Source: an uncultured Candidatus Saccharibacteria bacterium
Lineage (GTDB): Bacteria; Patescibacteriota; Minisyncoccia; Phycocordibacterales; UBA9973
Assembly: GCA_964435545.1 (NCBI GenBank)
Contig: CAYSZI010000001.1
Location: 16,079 to 53,654 of the forward strand
DNA: 37,576 bases
Reading direction: 5' to 3'
Shown here: in pieces, positions 25,707 through 33,717 of the stretch
How the letters are laid out: the number at the start of each line of letters is the position of its first letter
How positions within the stretch are numbered: the stretch's first letter is position 1
Notes under the pieces: generated by a model
Told to the model about the DNA's origin: nothing
Databases searched by the model: none
What the model saw: only the letters and a program-made list of their open reading frames with translations
Position numbers and translations under genes: made by a program

Positions 25707-26180
25707 TTATTTACTTTTCCAAATTAGGGTTTGAACGTTGCAGTGCATACCAAACGTAAAAACGCTTAAATTAGGGCTGAAATTATTTCCAATTTCAGCA
25801 TACAGAAAAAAAGTTACACTACCCGCATGAATAAATTTTTCCATACCAACACCAGCATACTTACTTTCAGTACTCAAGCTTTTTGATAGGGCAAGATATA
25901 TTCCTATTTCGTTACTATTTTTATAGGCGTTGATTAACTTTAGACCGTTGTTTGCTGTTGTATACAAAAAATTTGTATACGTGTTTCTGGTTAAAAAACA
26001 AACGTCCGGGGAAAAATTATATCCCAGAGTAGGTGCTTTAAAACCACTGGAAAACGGCATGGTACCCGAAGCAGCAAACACTCCGCCAAAATTAACAAAC
26101 TGCTTTAGACCTTCGGTCTGAGCGTGAGCCTTCGAATTGCAAATAAATAGCAACGAGGCAAATAATAAAACTTTTTTCAT
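25707..26180 (-). CDS. Small secreted protein with beta-barrel-like alternating pattern (157 aa from MKKVLLF)
   Basis: Signal peptide MKKVLLFASLLFICNSKAHA|Q, then short amphipathic strands rich in G/Y/F/N. The ATG at 26180 is preferred over the track start at 26219. Confidence 0.5.
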   Translation of the reverse strand: MKKVLLFASLLFICNSKAHAQTEGLKQFVNFGGVFAASGTMPFSSGFKAPTLGYNFSPDVCFLTRNTYTNFLYTTANNGLKLINAYKNSNEIGIYLALSKSLSTESKYAGVGMEKFIHAGSVTFFLYAEIGNNFSPNLSVFTFGMHCNVQTLIWKSK

Positions 26181-26297
26181 AAACTTTTTAAAAGAATTGG
26201 TGGGTTTTAACTTTATCATAAAAAATCATTGTGTCAATTTTTATATAAAAATATATTATTATTCGCAAAAATCTAGTTTTTTTGCTAGAGTGTATCT

Positions 26298-27755
26298 ATG
26301 GAAGAAATGAAAAAAGTAGTAACCAGATTTGCCCCAAGCCCAACAGGATATATGCACATCGGTGGAGTAAGAACTGCACTTTTTGCATGGGCTTTTGCTC
26401 GTAAAATGGGTGGTACTTTTATACTTAGATTCGAAGATACAGACAAGGAACGCGAAGTGGAAGGATCAAAAGAACATATTATAGAATCATTAAAATGGCT
26501 AGGAATCGAGTGGGATGAGGGTCCGGATGTTGGAGGACCAAATGCTCCATATATTCAATCACAAAGACTTGATTCATATAAAAAATACGCGCAAATGCTC
26601 GTAGAAAAAGGTCGTGCATACGCAGATCCATATACAAAAGGCGAACTCGATGAATTTCGCAAGTTGTCGGAAATGGAAGGAAAGCCATTTTTGTACAGAA
26701 ATCACAGACCTGAAAATCCTCCTGTTTGGGATGGCACACAACCACTTAGATTAAAAATCGGTGATGTAAAAAAATATATATGGAATGATTTGGTACGCGG
26801 AGAACTTTCTGCAGGAGAAGAAGCTCTCGACGATTACGTAATAATAAAAAGTGACGGATATCCAACATACAATTTTGCTCACATCATAGACGATTTAGAA
26901 ATGGGAGTAACACACATAATGCGCGCCGATGAATTTATTTCTTCAACACCCAAATTTCTCGCGCTTTATGATGCACTAGAAATAAATAGACCGGAATTTG
27001 CAACCTTGCCGCCAATCATGGCAGAAGGTGGAAACAAGAAACTCGGCAAGCGTGACGGCGCAAAAGATATTTTGGAATATAGAGATGAAGGATACCTACC
27101 CAATGCAATGATGAACTTTTTGGCATTTATCGGATGGAATCCAGGAGGAGAAAAAGAAATTTTAACACCAAATGAATTTATTGAATCATTTAGTTTAGAA
27201 AAAATTCAAAAATCTGGAGGTGGATACAATACTGATAAATTAAATTGGATCAATCGCGAGCACATTAAAAAACTTTCGTTGCAAGAACAAGAAGAAAATA
27301 TTTTAAAATACTTTTCAGATTCAATAAAAAGCGAAAGTGAGTTTAGTATTGATAGATTAAATCATCTTGTACCACTAATACTTGAAAGAATAGAAAAATT
27401 TGGTGATGTAAAAACAATGGCCGATAATGGCGAACTCGATTATTTTTTTGAAATTCCAAAACTCGAAAGAGAAAAAATTTGTTTCAAAGAAACCGATGCA
27501 ATAGAAACAAAAAAACTTCTAGACGCTGTTATAAAAACAATCGAAGTTGTTAACGAGAACGATTGGAAAATAGAAACAATTAAAAATTCTGTAATGGCTT
27601 ATGCGGACACACTACCAAAACGGGGCTTGATACTTCATCCACTTAGATATTCTCTCTCGGGAGCAGAGAAATCACCAGATCCGTTTACAATCGCTGAAAT
27701 TATAGGAAAAGAAGAAACTCTTTTACGTATAAAAAAAGCAATCGAGTTACTCTAA
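26298..27755 (+). CDS. gltX: Glutamyl-tRNA synthetase
   Basis: VVTRFAPSPTGYMHIGGVRTALF (HIGH-type) and KLGKRDGA (KMSKS-type). 485 aa. Confidence 0.93.
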   Translation: MEEMKKVVTRFAPSPTGYMHIGGVRTALFAWAFARKMGGTFILRFEDTDKEREVEGSKEHIIESLKWLGIEWDEGPDVGGPNAPYIQSQRLDSYKKYAQMLVEKGRAYADPYTKGELDEFRKLSEMEGKPFLYRNHRPENPPVWDGTQPLRLKIGDVKKYIWNDLVRGELSAGEEALDDYVIIKSDGYPTYNFAHIIDDLEMGVTHIMRADEFISSTPKFLALYDALEINRPEFATLPPIMAEGGNKKLGKRDGAKDILEYRDEGYLPNAMMNFLAFIGWNPGGEKEILTPNEFIESFSLEKIQKSGGGYNTDKLNWINREHIKKLSLQEQEENILKYFSDSIKSESEFSIDRLNHLVPLILERIEKFGDVKTMADNGELDYFFEIPKLEREKICFKETDAIETKKLLDAVIKTIEVVNENDWKIETIKNSVMAYADTLPKRGLILHPLRYSLSGAEKSPDPFTIAEIIGKEETLLRIKKAIELL

Positions 27756-27792
27756 AAAGTTCTTAAAATTACAAATTTACTGAAATAAAATT

Positions 27793-28698
27793 ATGGCTTT
27801 TTCTTTTTTGCAAAAAATAAATATTAAAAAAATACTTAAATATACAGGCTATTCTGTTGTGTGCATTTTCGCATTGATAGGCGTTGCGTTTAGTTCGATA
27901 TTTATTGGAATGAAATTTGGAATGTTTAATGTTCGAGGAACGATTGCAGGAAGAAATCAATTTTTCTTAAACAACGGAAAAGTTTCTCAGAATTCAACAT
28001 CGACAACACCTTGCATTAATAAACAATTAATATGCGAATGGAACATTACACCTGAATGGAGCACTGTAAAAGGCGGTTTAACAAAAGATTCCGACATTAT
28101 AAACAGAGTCGCAAAGGAAACCGGTGTTCAAGCACGAATGATTGCAGCAGTTGTTACACCAGAACAAATTAGATTTTTTAGCTCAAATCGCGAGATCTGG
28201 AAAAGTTATTTTGAGCCATTGAAAGTCTTGATTTCATTATCACAATTTTCACTTGGCGTTTCTGGTGTAAAACAAGACACAGCTAAATCTATCGAAATAT
28301 ATTCAATAGATAAAAATTCACAGTTTTATCCAGGTGAAGGAATCGGAGATTTGTTGGACTACAAAAAAGGCACGGATCACGATACTGAACTTTACAACCG
28401 TCTAACAGACGAAAAAGATCATTATTATCAATATTTGTATACTGCAATTTATGTAAAAGAAATTGAGGCACAATGGCAAAAATCTGGATTCGATATTTCT
28501 CACAACCCAGAGACTATTGTGACTTTGTTTAATATTGGTTTCGGAAAATCAAATCCAAACAACGATCCGCTTCCAGGAGGAGCTCCAATAACAATCGGAG
28601 GAAAAACATATAATTACGGAGAATTAGGCGCTGACTTTTATTACTCAAACGAATTGGTTGACCAGTTTTCAAAAGTTAATTTATCTTACGCAAAATAA
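27793..28698 (+). CDS. Hypothetical membrane-anchored protein (301 aa)
   Basis: N-terminal TM (YSVVCIFALIGVAFSSIFIGM) followed by a soluble domain. No family recognised. Confidence 0.55.
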   Translation: MAFSFLQKINIKKILKYTGYSVVCIFALIGVAFSSIFIGMKFGMFNVRGTIAGRNQFFLNNGKVSQNSTSTTPCINKQLICEWNITPEWSTVKGGLTKDSDIINRVAKETGVQARMIAAVVTPEQIRFFSSNREIWKSYFEPLKVLISLSQFSLGVSGVKQDTAKSIEIYSIDKNSQFYPGEGIGDLLDYKKGTDHDTELYNRLTDEKDHYYQYLYTAIYVKEIEAQWQKSGFDISHNPETIVTLFNIGFGKSNPNNDPLPGGAPITIGGKTYNYGELGADFYYSNELVDQFSKVNLSYAK

Positions 28699-28700
28699 TT

Positions 28701-28750
28701 TTTCCCAAAAATAAAAACCCACCAAATGGTGGGTTTTTATTTTTGGGAAA
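28701..28750. terminator. Very long perfect hairpin (23-bp stem, AAAT loop), probably a bidirectional terminator
   Basis: TTTCCCAAAAATAAAAACCCACC-AAAT-GGTGGGTTTTTATTTTTGGGAAA, perfect. It fills the whole gap between the convergent stops at 28698 and 28752. Confidence 0.8.
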
Positions 28751-28751
28751 T

Positions 28752-29189
28752 TTATTGCTTTTTATAAGCCATAACTCCAGCTGCAATAACAGTAACGAGA
28801 GTAACTGCTCCTACAAGTGGAACACCCCAGATTGCAACATAAAGAACTGCTTTCATTATAAAGCCAAGTGATGCAACTGTTTTAAAGAAAGCTACGAAAA
28901 TTAGAGGAAAAATAAATGAGAGAATACCAGCAAGTAATTCTCGACTAATAATAACTAAGAAAGAATTACTTATTTTTGTTTTTAACATTTCAAACAAAAC
29001 ATAAGCAATGATAAAAAATACTGGTGTTAATATTGCAAGATACGACATACTCGATGTTGCACTATTAACGTTATACAAACTAGAAAGCGCCGACGATACT
29101 AATATTGATAAAACAAGAACGATCATGAATCGGTTCTTGATATTGCCCCAAACAAAGTGCTCAAGCCCTGTATTATTTTCTTCCATCAT
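28752..29189 (-). CDS. Polytopic membrane protein (145 aa from MMEENN)
   Basis: Four or five TM helices. The ATG at 29189 is preferred, with a TG-n-TACAAT -10 (29199-29204) 9 nt upstream. The track start at 29246 lies upstream of that promoter. Confidence 0.55.
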   Translation of the reverse strand: MMEENNTGLEHFVWGNIKNRFMIVLVLSILVSSALSSLYNVNSATSSMSYLAILTPVFFIIAYVLFEMLKTKISNSFLVIISRELLAGILSFIFPLIFVAFFKTVASLGFIMKAVLYVAIWGVPLVGAVTLVTVIAAGVMAYKKQ

Positions 29190-29231
29190 AATGTTCAAAT
29201 TGTAACATAAATATCTTCTATACAAAGCAAG

Positions 29232-29240
29232 ATATCCACA
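29232..29240 (+). promoter_or_regulatory. Near-consensus DnaA-box-like 9-mer ATATCCACA (8/9)
   Basis: Lies in the divergent intergenic region. On the minus strand it reads TGTGGATAT, 5 nt upstream of a TTTGTA -35-like hexamer for the 29189 gene. Confidence 0.35.
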
Positions 29241-29273
29241 ATACAATGAAAAAATCTGAATATTTTTGGTTAT

Positions 29274-29301
29274 TTGACAAATCAGACAATAAGTTTAGAA
29301 T
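29274..29301 (+). promoter_or_regulatory. Sigma70-type promoter of guaB-purA
   Basis: TTGACA-N16-TAGAAT. Leader of about 43 nt before the guaB ATG with no GGAGG-like element. Confidence 0.6.
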
Positions 29302-29350
29302 CAATTTTAATAAAAACACATTCATAATTTCATAAAAAAATCATCAAAAA

Positions 29351-30817
29351 ATGAGAAAGAAAATTCGTCCCAAAGGACTGACATTTGCAGACGTGCTTTT
29401 ACTACCAGCATATTCTGAGGTAACGCCTCGAGATGTTGAGACAAGAACACGCCTTACAAAAAAAATTAGTTTGAACATTCCACTCGTTGGAGCGGCGATG
29501 GATACTGTAAGTGAATTTACATTTGCAATTACTTTGGCTTGCCAAGGAGGTATTGCAATCATCCACAAAAACATGAGTATCGACCAACAAGTCGAACATG
29601 TAAAAAAAGTAAAGAGGGCAGAAAACGGCCTTATTCATGAACCATTCACTTTGCTGCCGACAGCAACTGTTGGTGATGCAAAAAAAATGATGAGTGAAAA
29701 ACATATCGGAGGAATTCCGATTGTAGATGAAAACAACAAATTGTTGGGCATTGTCACAAACAGTAATTTAAAATTTGAGGACGACGATAGCAAACTTCTC
29801 AAAAAAATAATGAAGCATGGAACAGAACTAATTACTGCACCTGTTGGAACTACGATTTCGGAAGCAAAAGAAATTTTGACAAAAAACAAAATAGAAAAAC
29901 TTCCGATAGTCGATAGCAAGAATACTTTATGCGGACTGTACACCTATAAAGATATTGAAGCATTAAAAATGAGACCGCTTGCATCGAAAGATGAAAACGG
30001 CCAGCTTTTATGCGGTGCAGCAATCGGAATTACTTCCGACATAATGGACAGAGTAACTGCTTTGTATAAGGCAGGTGTTGATGTTGTAGTTTTGGATAGT
30101 GCCCACGGCCATTCCAAAAATATTATTGACGCACTCACTTTAATCAAAAAAAGTTTACCTGGACTACAAGTGATTGCAGGAAATGTTTGCACATACGAAG
30201 GTGCTCGCGCTTTGATTGAAGCTGGAGCTGATGCCATAAAGGTTGGTGTTGGGCCAGGTTCTATATGTACAACAAGGATTGTTTCAGGTGTGGGTTCACC
30301 ACAACTTACGGCAATCATGGAAGCATATAGAGCTTGTAAAACCAAAAACATTCCTTTAATTGCCGACGGTGGAATACAATCATCCGGTGATATAACAAAA
30401 GCAATTGCAGCTGGAGCCGACACTGTTATGATAGGCTCACTATTCGCAGGCACCGATGAGACACCGGGAGAAACAATGATATTTGAAGGAAGAAAGTTTA
30501 AAAAATATCGAGGTATGGGTTCAGTCGAGGCAATGGAAGACGGTTCAAAAGACCGATACTTCCAGGACAGTGAGACTGATACCCGCAAGCTTGTGCCTGA
30601 GGGTGTTGTTGGAAGAGTGCCATACAAAGGCATGCTCTGGGAAGTTGTTCATCAACTAATCGGAGGCCTAAGATCTGGCATGGGATATTGCGGAGCAAAA
30701 AATATCAGCGAATTACAGGAAAATTCTGAGTTTATTGAAATAACTGCGTCCGGCGTAAAAGAAAGCCATCCACACAATATTGAAATAACAAACTCAGCCC
30801 CAAACTATAGTTTATAA
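29351..30817 (+). CDS. guaB: IMP dehydrogenase with CBS pair
   Basis: GLTFADVLLLPAYSEV, catalytic loop VGVGPGSICTTRIV, GGIQSSGDITKAIAAGAD, plus a CBS insert. 488 aa. Confidence 0.95.
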   Translation: MRKKIRPKGLTFADVLLLPAYSEVTPRDVETRTRLTKKISLNIPLVGAAMDTVSEFTFAITLACQGGIAIIHKNMSIDQQVEHVKKVKRAENGLIHEPFTLLPTATVGDAKKMMSEKHIGGIPIVDENNKLLGIVTNSNLKFEDDDSKLLKKIMKHGTELITAPVGTTISEAKEILTKNKIEKLPIVDSKNTLCGLYTYKDIEALKMRPLASKDENGQLLCGAAIGITSDIMDRVTALYKAGVDVVVLDSAHGHSKNIIDALTLIKKSLPGLQVIAGNVCTYEGARALIEAGADAIKVGVGPGSICTTRIVSGVGSPQLTAIMEAYRACKTKNIPLIADGGIQSSGDITKAIAAGADTVMIGSLFAGTDETPGETMIFEGRKFKKYRGMGSVEAMEDGSKDRYFQDSETDTRKLVPEGVVGRVPYKGMLWEVVHQLIGGLRSGMGYCGAKNISELQENSEFIEITASGVKESHPHNIEITNSAPNYSL

Positions 30818-30859
30818 GTTTTGTAAAAAATATTCTCTCACGTAAAAAATTAATTGATC

Positions 30860-32209
30860 ATGGTAGACGTACTCTTAGGTTTACAATGGGGCGACGAAGG
30901 CAAAGGTGCCCGAACGTTGGACCTCATAATGCGAGACGATTATCCTGTCACCGTTCGGTATAATGGCGGACCAAATGCAGGACATTCGCTTGATTTTGGA
31001 AACGGAAAAACAATAGCCGTTCATGTCACTCCAAGTGCAGCAACTTTGGGTGGAATAATTTCTTTGATGGGTAACGATATGGTTGTTGACCCATACGGAT
31101 TCTACACAGAAGCTCGAGATATTTTAAGAATTCTCGGAGTAGATATTACAAATAATTCGTTCCTTAGCAGGGAAGCAGGAATTATCTCGCCGTATCAAAG
31201 ACTTTTCGATTTTATTGAGGAATCAATAGCATTCGAAAAAATTGGTACTACGGGCAAAGGAATCGCTGCCACTTATGGTGGTTACAGAGAAAGAAAAATT
31301 GTTCGCGCATGTGATGTTGTAGATAAAGATAATTTCCGAATCGCAAACCAGCATATGATTCAACGTATGCAAACGTACGCAAAGAATTTTGATATTCCAA
31401 AAATACTGGAAGGTAAAAATTTTGATTTAGAAGCTGAGATGGTTAAATACTATCACGCAATAGAATGGATGCACCAAAATATTAAAATAGTTGATATGAA
31501 CAAAAAGGTGCAAGACCTTTTACGCCATAGAAAAACTAGCAAATTTTTAGCGGAAGGTGCGCAAGGGGTACTCTTAGATATTAATCACGGAGATTATCCT
31601 TATGTTACTTCATCCAACACTTGCGCATTTGGCGTATTCAATGGATTAGGAATCGGCCACAAACAATTTGGAAAATTATACGGCGTAACAAAACCATATA
31701 ATACAAAAGTTGGTGGTGGAGAATTTATTTGCGAAATGTCGACCGACAGGGAATTGCTTTTTCAACGCGACGGAAACGAAAAGGGTGCATCAACTGGCAG
31801 ACCACGTATGTGTGGCTATCCAGATATGGTGGTACTCAGACACGCAATAACAATACATCGCGGTTTTGGACCAATGCATATAATAGTATCTAAGGCAGAT
31901 ATATATCCAAGCGAATTATTGGACAAGCCAATGCTCGCCGTGGTAGCACACAAACACAGAGACGGAAGCATTTCAAAAGAATTACGTTTACCACTAAAAG
32001 ATATAGTGGGTGTAGTAACAAAAGAAATCGCTCCGTGGCAAGCAAAATATGACTTGCGTAAACACAATGAAAATGATTGTAAATTGTTTGATAACTTCTT
32101 GAATTTTGTTTATGAAGAGTTAAGTGATTTACCCAAAAATTCGTTTGTAATTGATATTGTTGGTACTGGTCCACAAATTGGCCAATACTATGAGCAACCA
32201 AAACGATAA
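30860..32209 (+). CDS. purA: Adenylosuccinate synthetase (divergent)
   Basis: GLQWGDEGKG P-loop, NGGPNAGHS, IGTTGKGIAATY, AEGAQGVLLDINHGDYPYVTSS. The ATG at 30860 is preferred over the TTG at 30854. Confidence 0.88.
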   Translation: MVDVLLGLQWGDEGKGARTLDLIMRDDYPVTVRYNGGPNAGHSLDFGNGKTIAVHVTPSAATLGGIISLMGNDMVVDPYGFYTEARDILRILGVDITNNSFLSREAGIISPYQRLFDFIEESIAFEKIGTTGKGIAATYGGYRERKIVRACDVVDKDNFRIANQHMIQRMQTYAKNFDIPKILEGKNFDLEAEMVKYYHAIEWMHQNIKIVDMNKKVQDLLRHRKTSKFLAEGAQGVLLDINHGDYPYVTSSNTCAFGVFNGLGIGHKQFGKLYGVTKPYNTKVGGGEFICEMSTDRELLFQRDGNEKGASTGRPRMCGYPDMVVLRHAITIHRGFGPMHIIVSKADIYPSELLDKPMLAVVAHKHRDGSISKELRLPLKDIVGVVTKEIAPWQAKYDLRKHNENDCKLFDNFLNFVYEELSDLPKNSFVIDIVGTGPQIGQYYEQPKR

Positions 32210-32232
32210 TCGTGCTAAAAAATATAAAAAAC

Positions 32233-32270
32233 AAAGTGCAGACGTTGTAATAACGGCTGCACTTTTTATT
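32233..32270 (+). terminator. Intrinsic terminator of guaB-purA
   Basis: AAAGTGCAG-15-nt loop-CTGCACTTT followed by TTATTTT. Confidence 0.65.
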
Positions 32271-32280
32271 TTGCAAAATA

Positions 32281-32302
32281 AAAAAGAACCGAAGTTCTTT
32301 TT
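32281..32302. terminator. Short bidirectional hairpin terminator
   Basis: AAAAAGAAC-cgaa-GTTCTTTTT, placed after the stop of the minus-strand 32321 gene. Confidence 0.6.
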
Positions 32303-32320
32303 AAATTTTATTAAAACGAT

Positions 32321-32752
32321 TTATTTATTTCTTTGTTGCTGTGCACTTTCTGAATCATTTGCAGAAAGAACAATGGTTGCAGATGCAATAAATATTCCTA
32401 TATATCCTATTAAAACGTACATGAAATTAATTTCAGGTAAACTTTTTTCAAAATATGTATTTATTAAATACAACGCCACACACATTAAAGCAAACGCCAC
32501 AGTAGCTACGATTTTTTTAGAAAAAACTATAATCATAGTGAAGAAAAAAATAACAATCAGTGCTGTTAAATAATTTTTGGAAAAAATATGCTCATTTTTT
32601 TCCCAATCAGTCCGTCCTGAAAGATTAGAAAAATAACAATACACAAAAAGTGGTTCAAAAAACAAAGCCACTCCAATAAGAAATAATATTAATTCGTTAT
32701 TTCTTCTGTGCTGTCTAAAGCGAAATTGCAACCGCAAGAATAATTTTTTCAT
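32321..32752 (-). CDS. Polytopic membrane protein (143 aa from the ATG at 32752)
   Basis: Four TM-like helices. Chosen over the overlapping plus-strand ORF 32151-32573, which runs through the purA stop and both terminators. Confidence 0.5.
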   Translation of the reverse strand: MKKLFLRLQFRFRQHRRNNELILFLIGVALFFEPLFVYCYFSNLSGRTDWEKNEHIFSKNYLTALIVIFFFTMIIVFSKKIVATVAFALMCVALYLINTYFEKSLPEINFMYVLIGYIGIFIASATIVLSANDSESAQQQRNK

Positions 32753-32827
32753 AAAAAACAAAATTAGAAATGAAGAATGATTTGCAATATATGTTACTCC
32801 GTTTATAAATATTGTCTAATCAAACTT

Positions 32828-32856
32828 TTCGATTAAATCAAAAAATATTGTATACT
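32828..32856 (+). promoter_or_regulatory. Promoter of the five-gene VOC-to-Smr operon (leaderless geometry)
   Basis: TTCGAT-N17-TATACT, with the -10 ending 6 nt before the ATG at 32863. Confidence 0.55.
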
Positions 32857-32862
32857 GGCCGT

Positions 32863-33342
32863 ATGAGTATTCACCCAGAAGTCACCATTGGTCACGTGCA
32901 TCTTACCGTCTCAGACCTAGACAGAGCGCTCGTTTTCTATCGTGATATTTTGGGCTTTGAAATCACATCTCGTTATGGCGATAGTGCAGTGTTTCTTTCA
33001 GATGGCGGATATCATCACCATATAGCACTCAATACCTGGGCAGGGAAGAATGCCACCCCCGCTCCAAAAGGCCATACAGGGCTATATCATGTGGCTATTT
33101 TATACCCAAGCAGAAAAGAGCTCGCCCGGGTCCTAAAGCGTCTCATAGACGAAAAATACCCCTTAACAGGCACCGCAGACCACGGAGTATCCGAAGCAAT
33201 CTACCTCGAAGACTCCGATCAAAACGGCATTGAATTGTACTGCGATAGACCACGCGAAACCTGGAAAGTAAAAAACGACGGGGAAGTGGAGATGGTGACG
33301 GAAGTACTAGATATTGATGGGCTACTTATGGAATTAAGTTAA
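32863..33342 (+). CDS. VOC-superfamily protein (glyoxalase/extradiol dioxygenase fold)
   Basis: IGHVHLTVSDLDRALVFYRDILGFE and LYHVAILYPS...HGVSEAIYLEDSDQNGIELY beta-alpha-beta-beta-beta modules. Starts at the ATG at 32863; the track's TTG at 32812 precedes the promoter. Confidence 0.8.
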   Translation: MSIHPEVTIGHVHLTVSDLDRALVFYRDILGFEITSRYGDSAVFLSDGGYHHHIALNTWAGKNATPAPKGHTGLYHVAILYPSRKELARVLKRLIDEKYPLTGTADHGVSEAIYLEDSDQNGIELYCDRPRETWKVKNDGEVEMVTEVLDIDGLLMELS

Positions 33343-33348
33343 TTTTTT

Positions 33349-33714
33349 ATGGCAAAAAAATCTTCCGAAAAGAATCTACAAGATTTGCAAAAAATGGTTA
33401 TTGCTTTTCGTGACGCAAGAAACTGGAAACAATTTCACAATCCAAAAGATCTTGCTCTATCAATGGTTTTAGAAGCTGGCGAAGTAATGGAGCATTTTCA
33501 ATGGAAAAATAATTCAGAAATTGAAAAATATACCTCAGAACATAAAGACGAAATTGCAGACGAACTAGCTGATGTACTTAGTTACATTTTAATTATTGCA
33601 AATGATTTAAATATAAATATATCAAAAGCTTTAGAAATTAAAACAGAAAAAAATAATAAAAAATACCCAGTCGAGAAAGCAAAAGGTAAAAGTACCAAAT
33701 ACAATAAACTTTAA
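33349..33714 (+). CDS. MazG-like all-alpha nucleoside triphosphate pyrophosphohydrolase (DCTPP1/YpjD-like)
   Basis: FRDARNWKQFHNPKDLALSMVLEAGEVMEHF plus EIADELADVLSY gives the ExxE...ExxD metal motif. 121 aa. Starts 6 nt after the VOC stop. Confidence 0.8.
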   Translation: MAKKSSEKNLQDLQKMVIAFRDARNWKQFHNPKDLALSMVLEAGEVMEHFQWKNNSEIEKYTSEHKDEIADELADVLSYILIIANDLNINISKALEIKTEKNNKKYPVEKAKGKSTKYNKL

Positions 33715-33717
33715 TAT

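Noticed and set aside
29944-30633. 229-aa minus-strand ORF, plus the 100-102-aa ORFs at 29402-29943, lying inside guaB.
   Set aside because: They are entirely antisense to a confidently identified IMP dehydrogenase gene. The translations are low-complexity (S/P/A/I-rich) and typical of shadow frames, with no promoter or start context.
32286-32297. Second GAAC-N4-GTTC match (GAACCGAAGTTC), as a possible SOS box.
   Set aside because: It is the stem-loop of an A5-stem-T5 bidirectional terminator sitting after two convergent stops, not in a promoter. The match is best explained by the hairpin.
32151-32573. 140-aa plus-strand ORF overlapping the purA 3' end and the intergenic region.
   Set aside because: It reads through the purA stop and two hairpin terminators, and it is antisense to a more plausible four-TM membrane protein (32321-32752).
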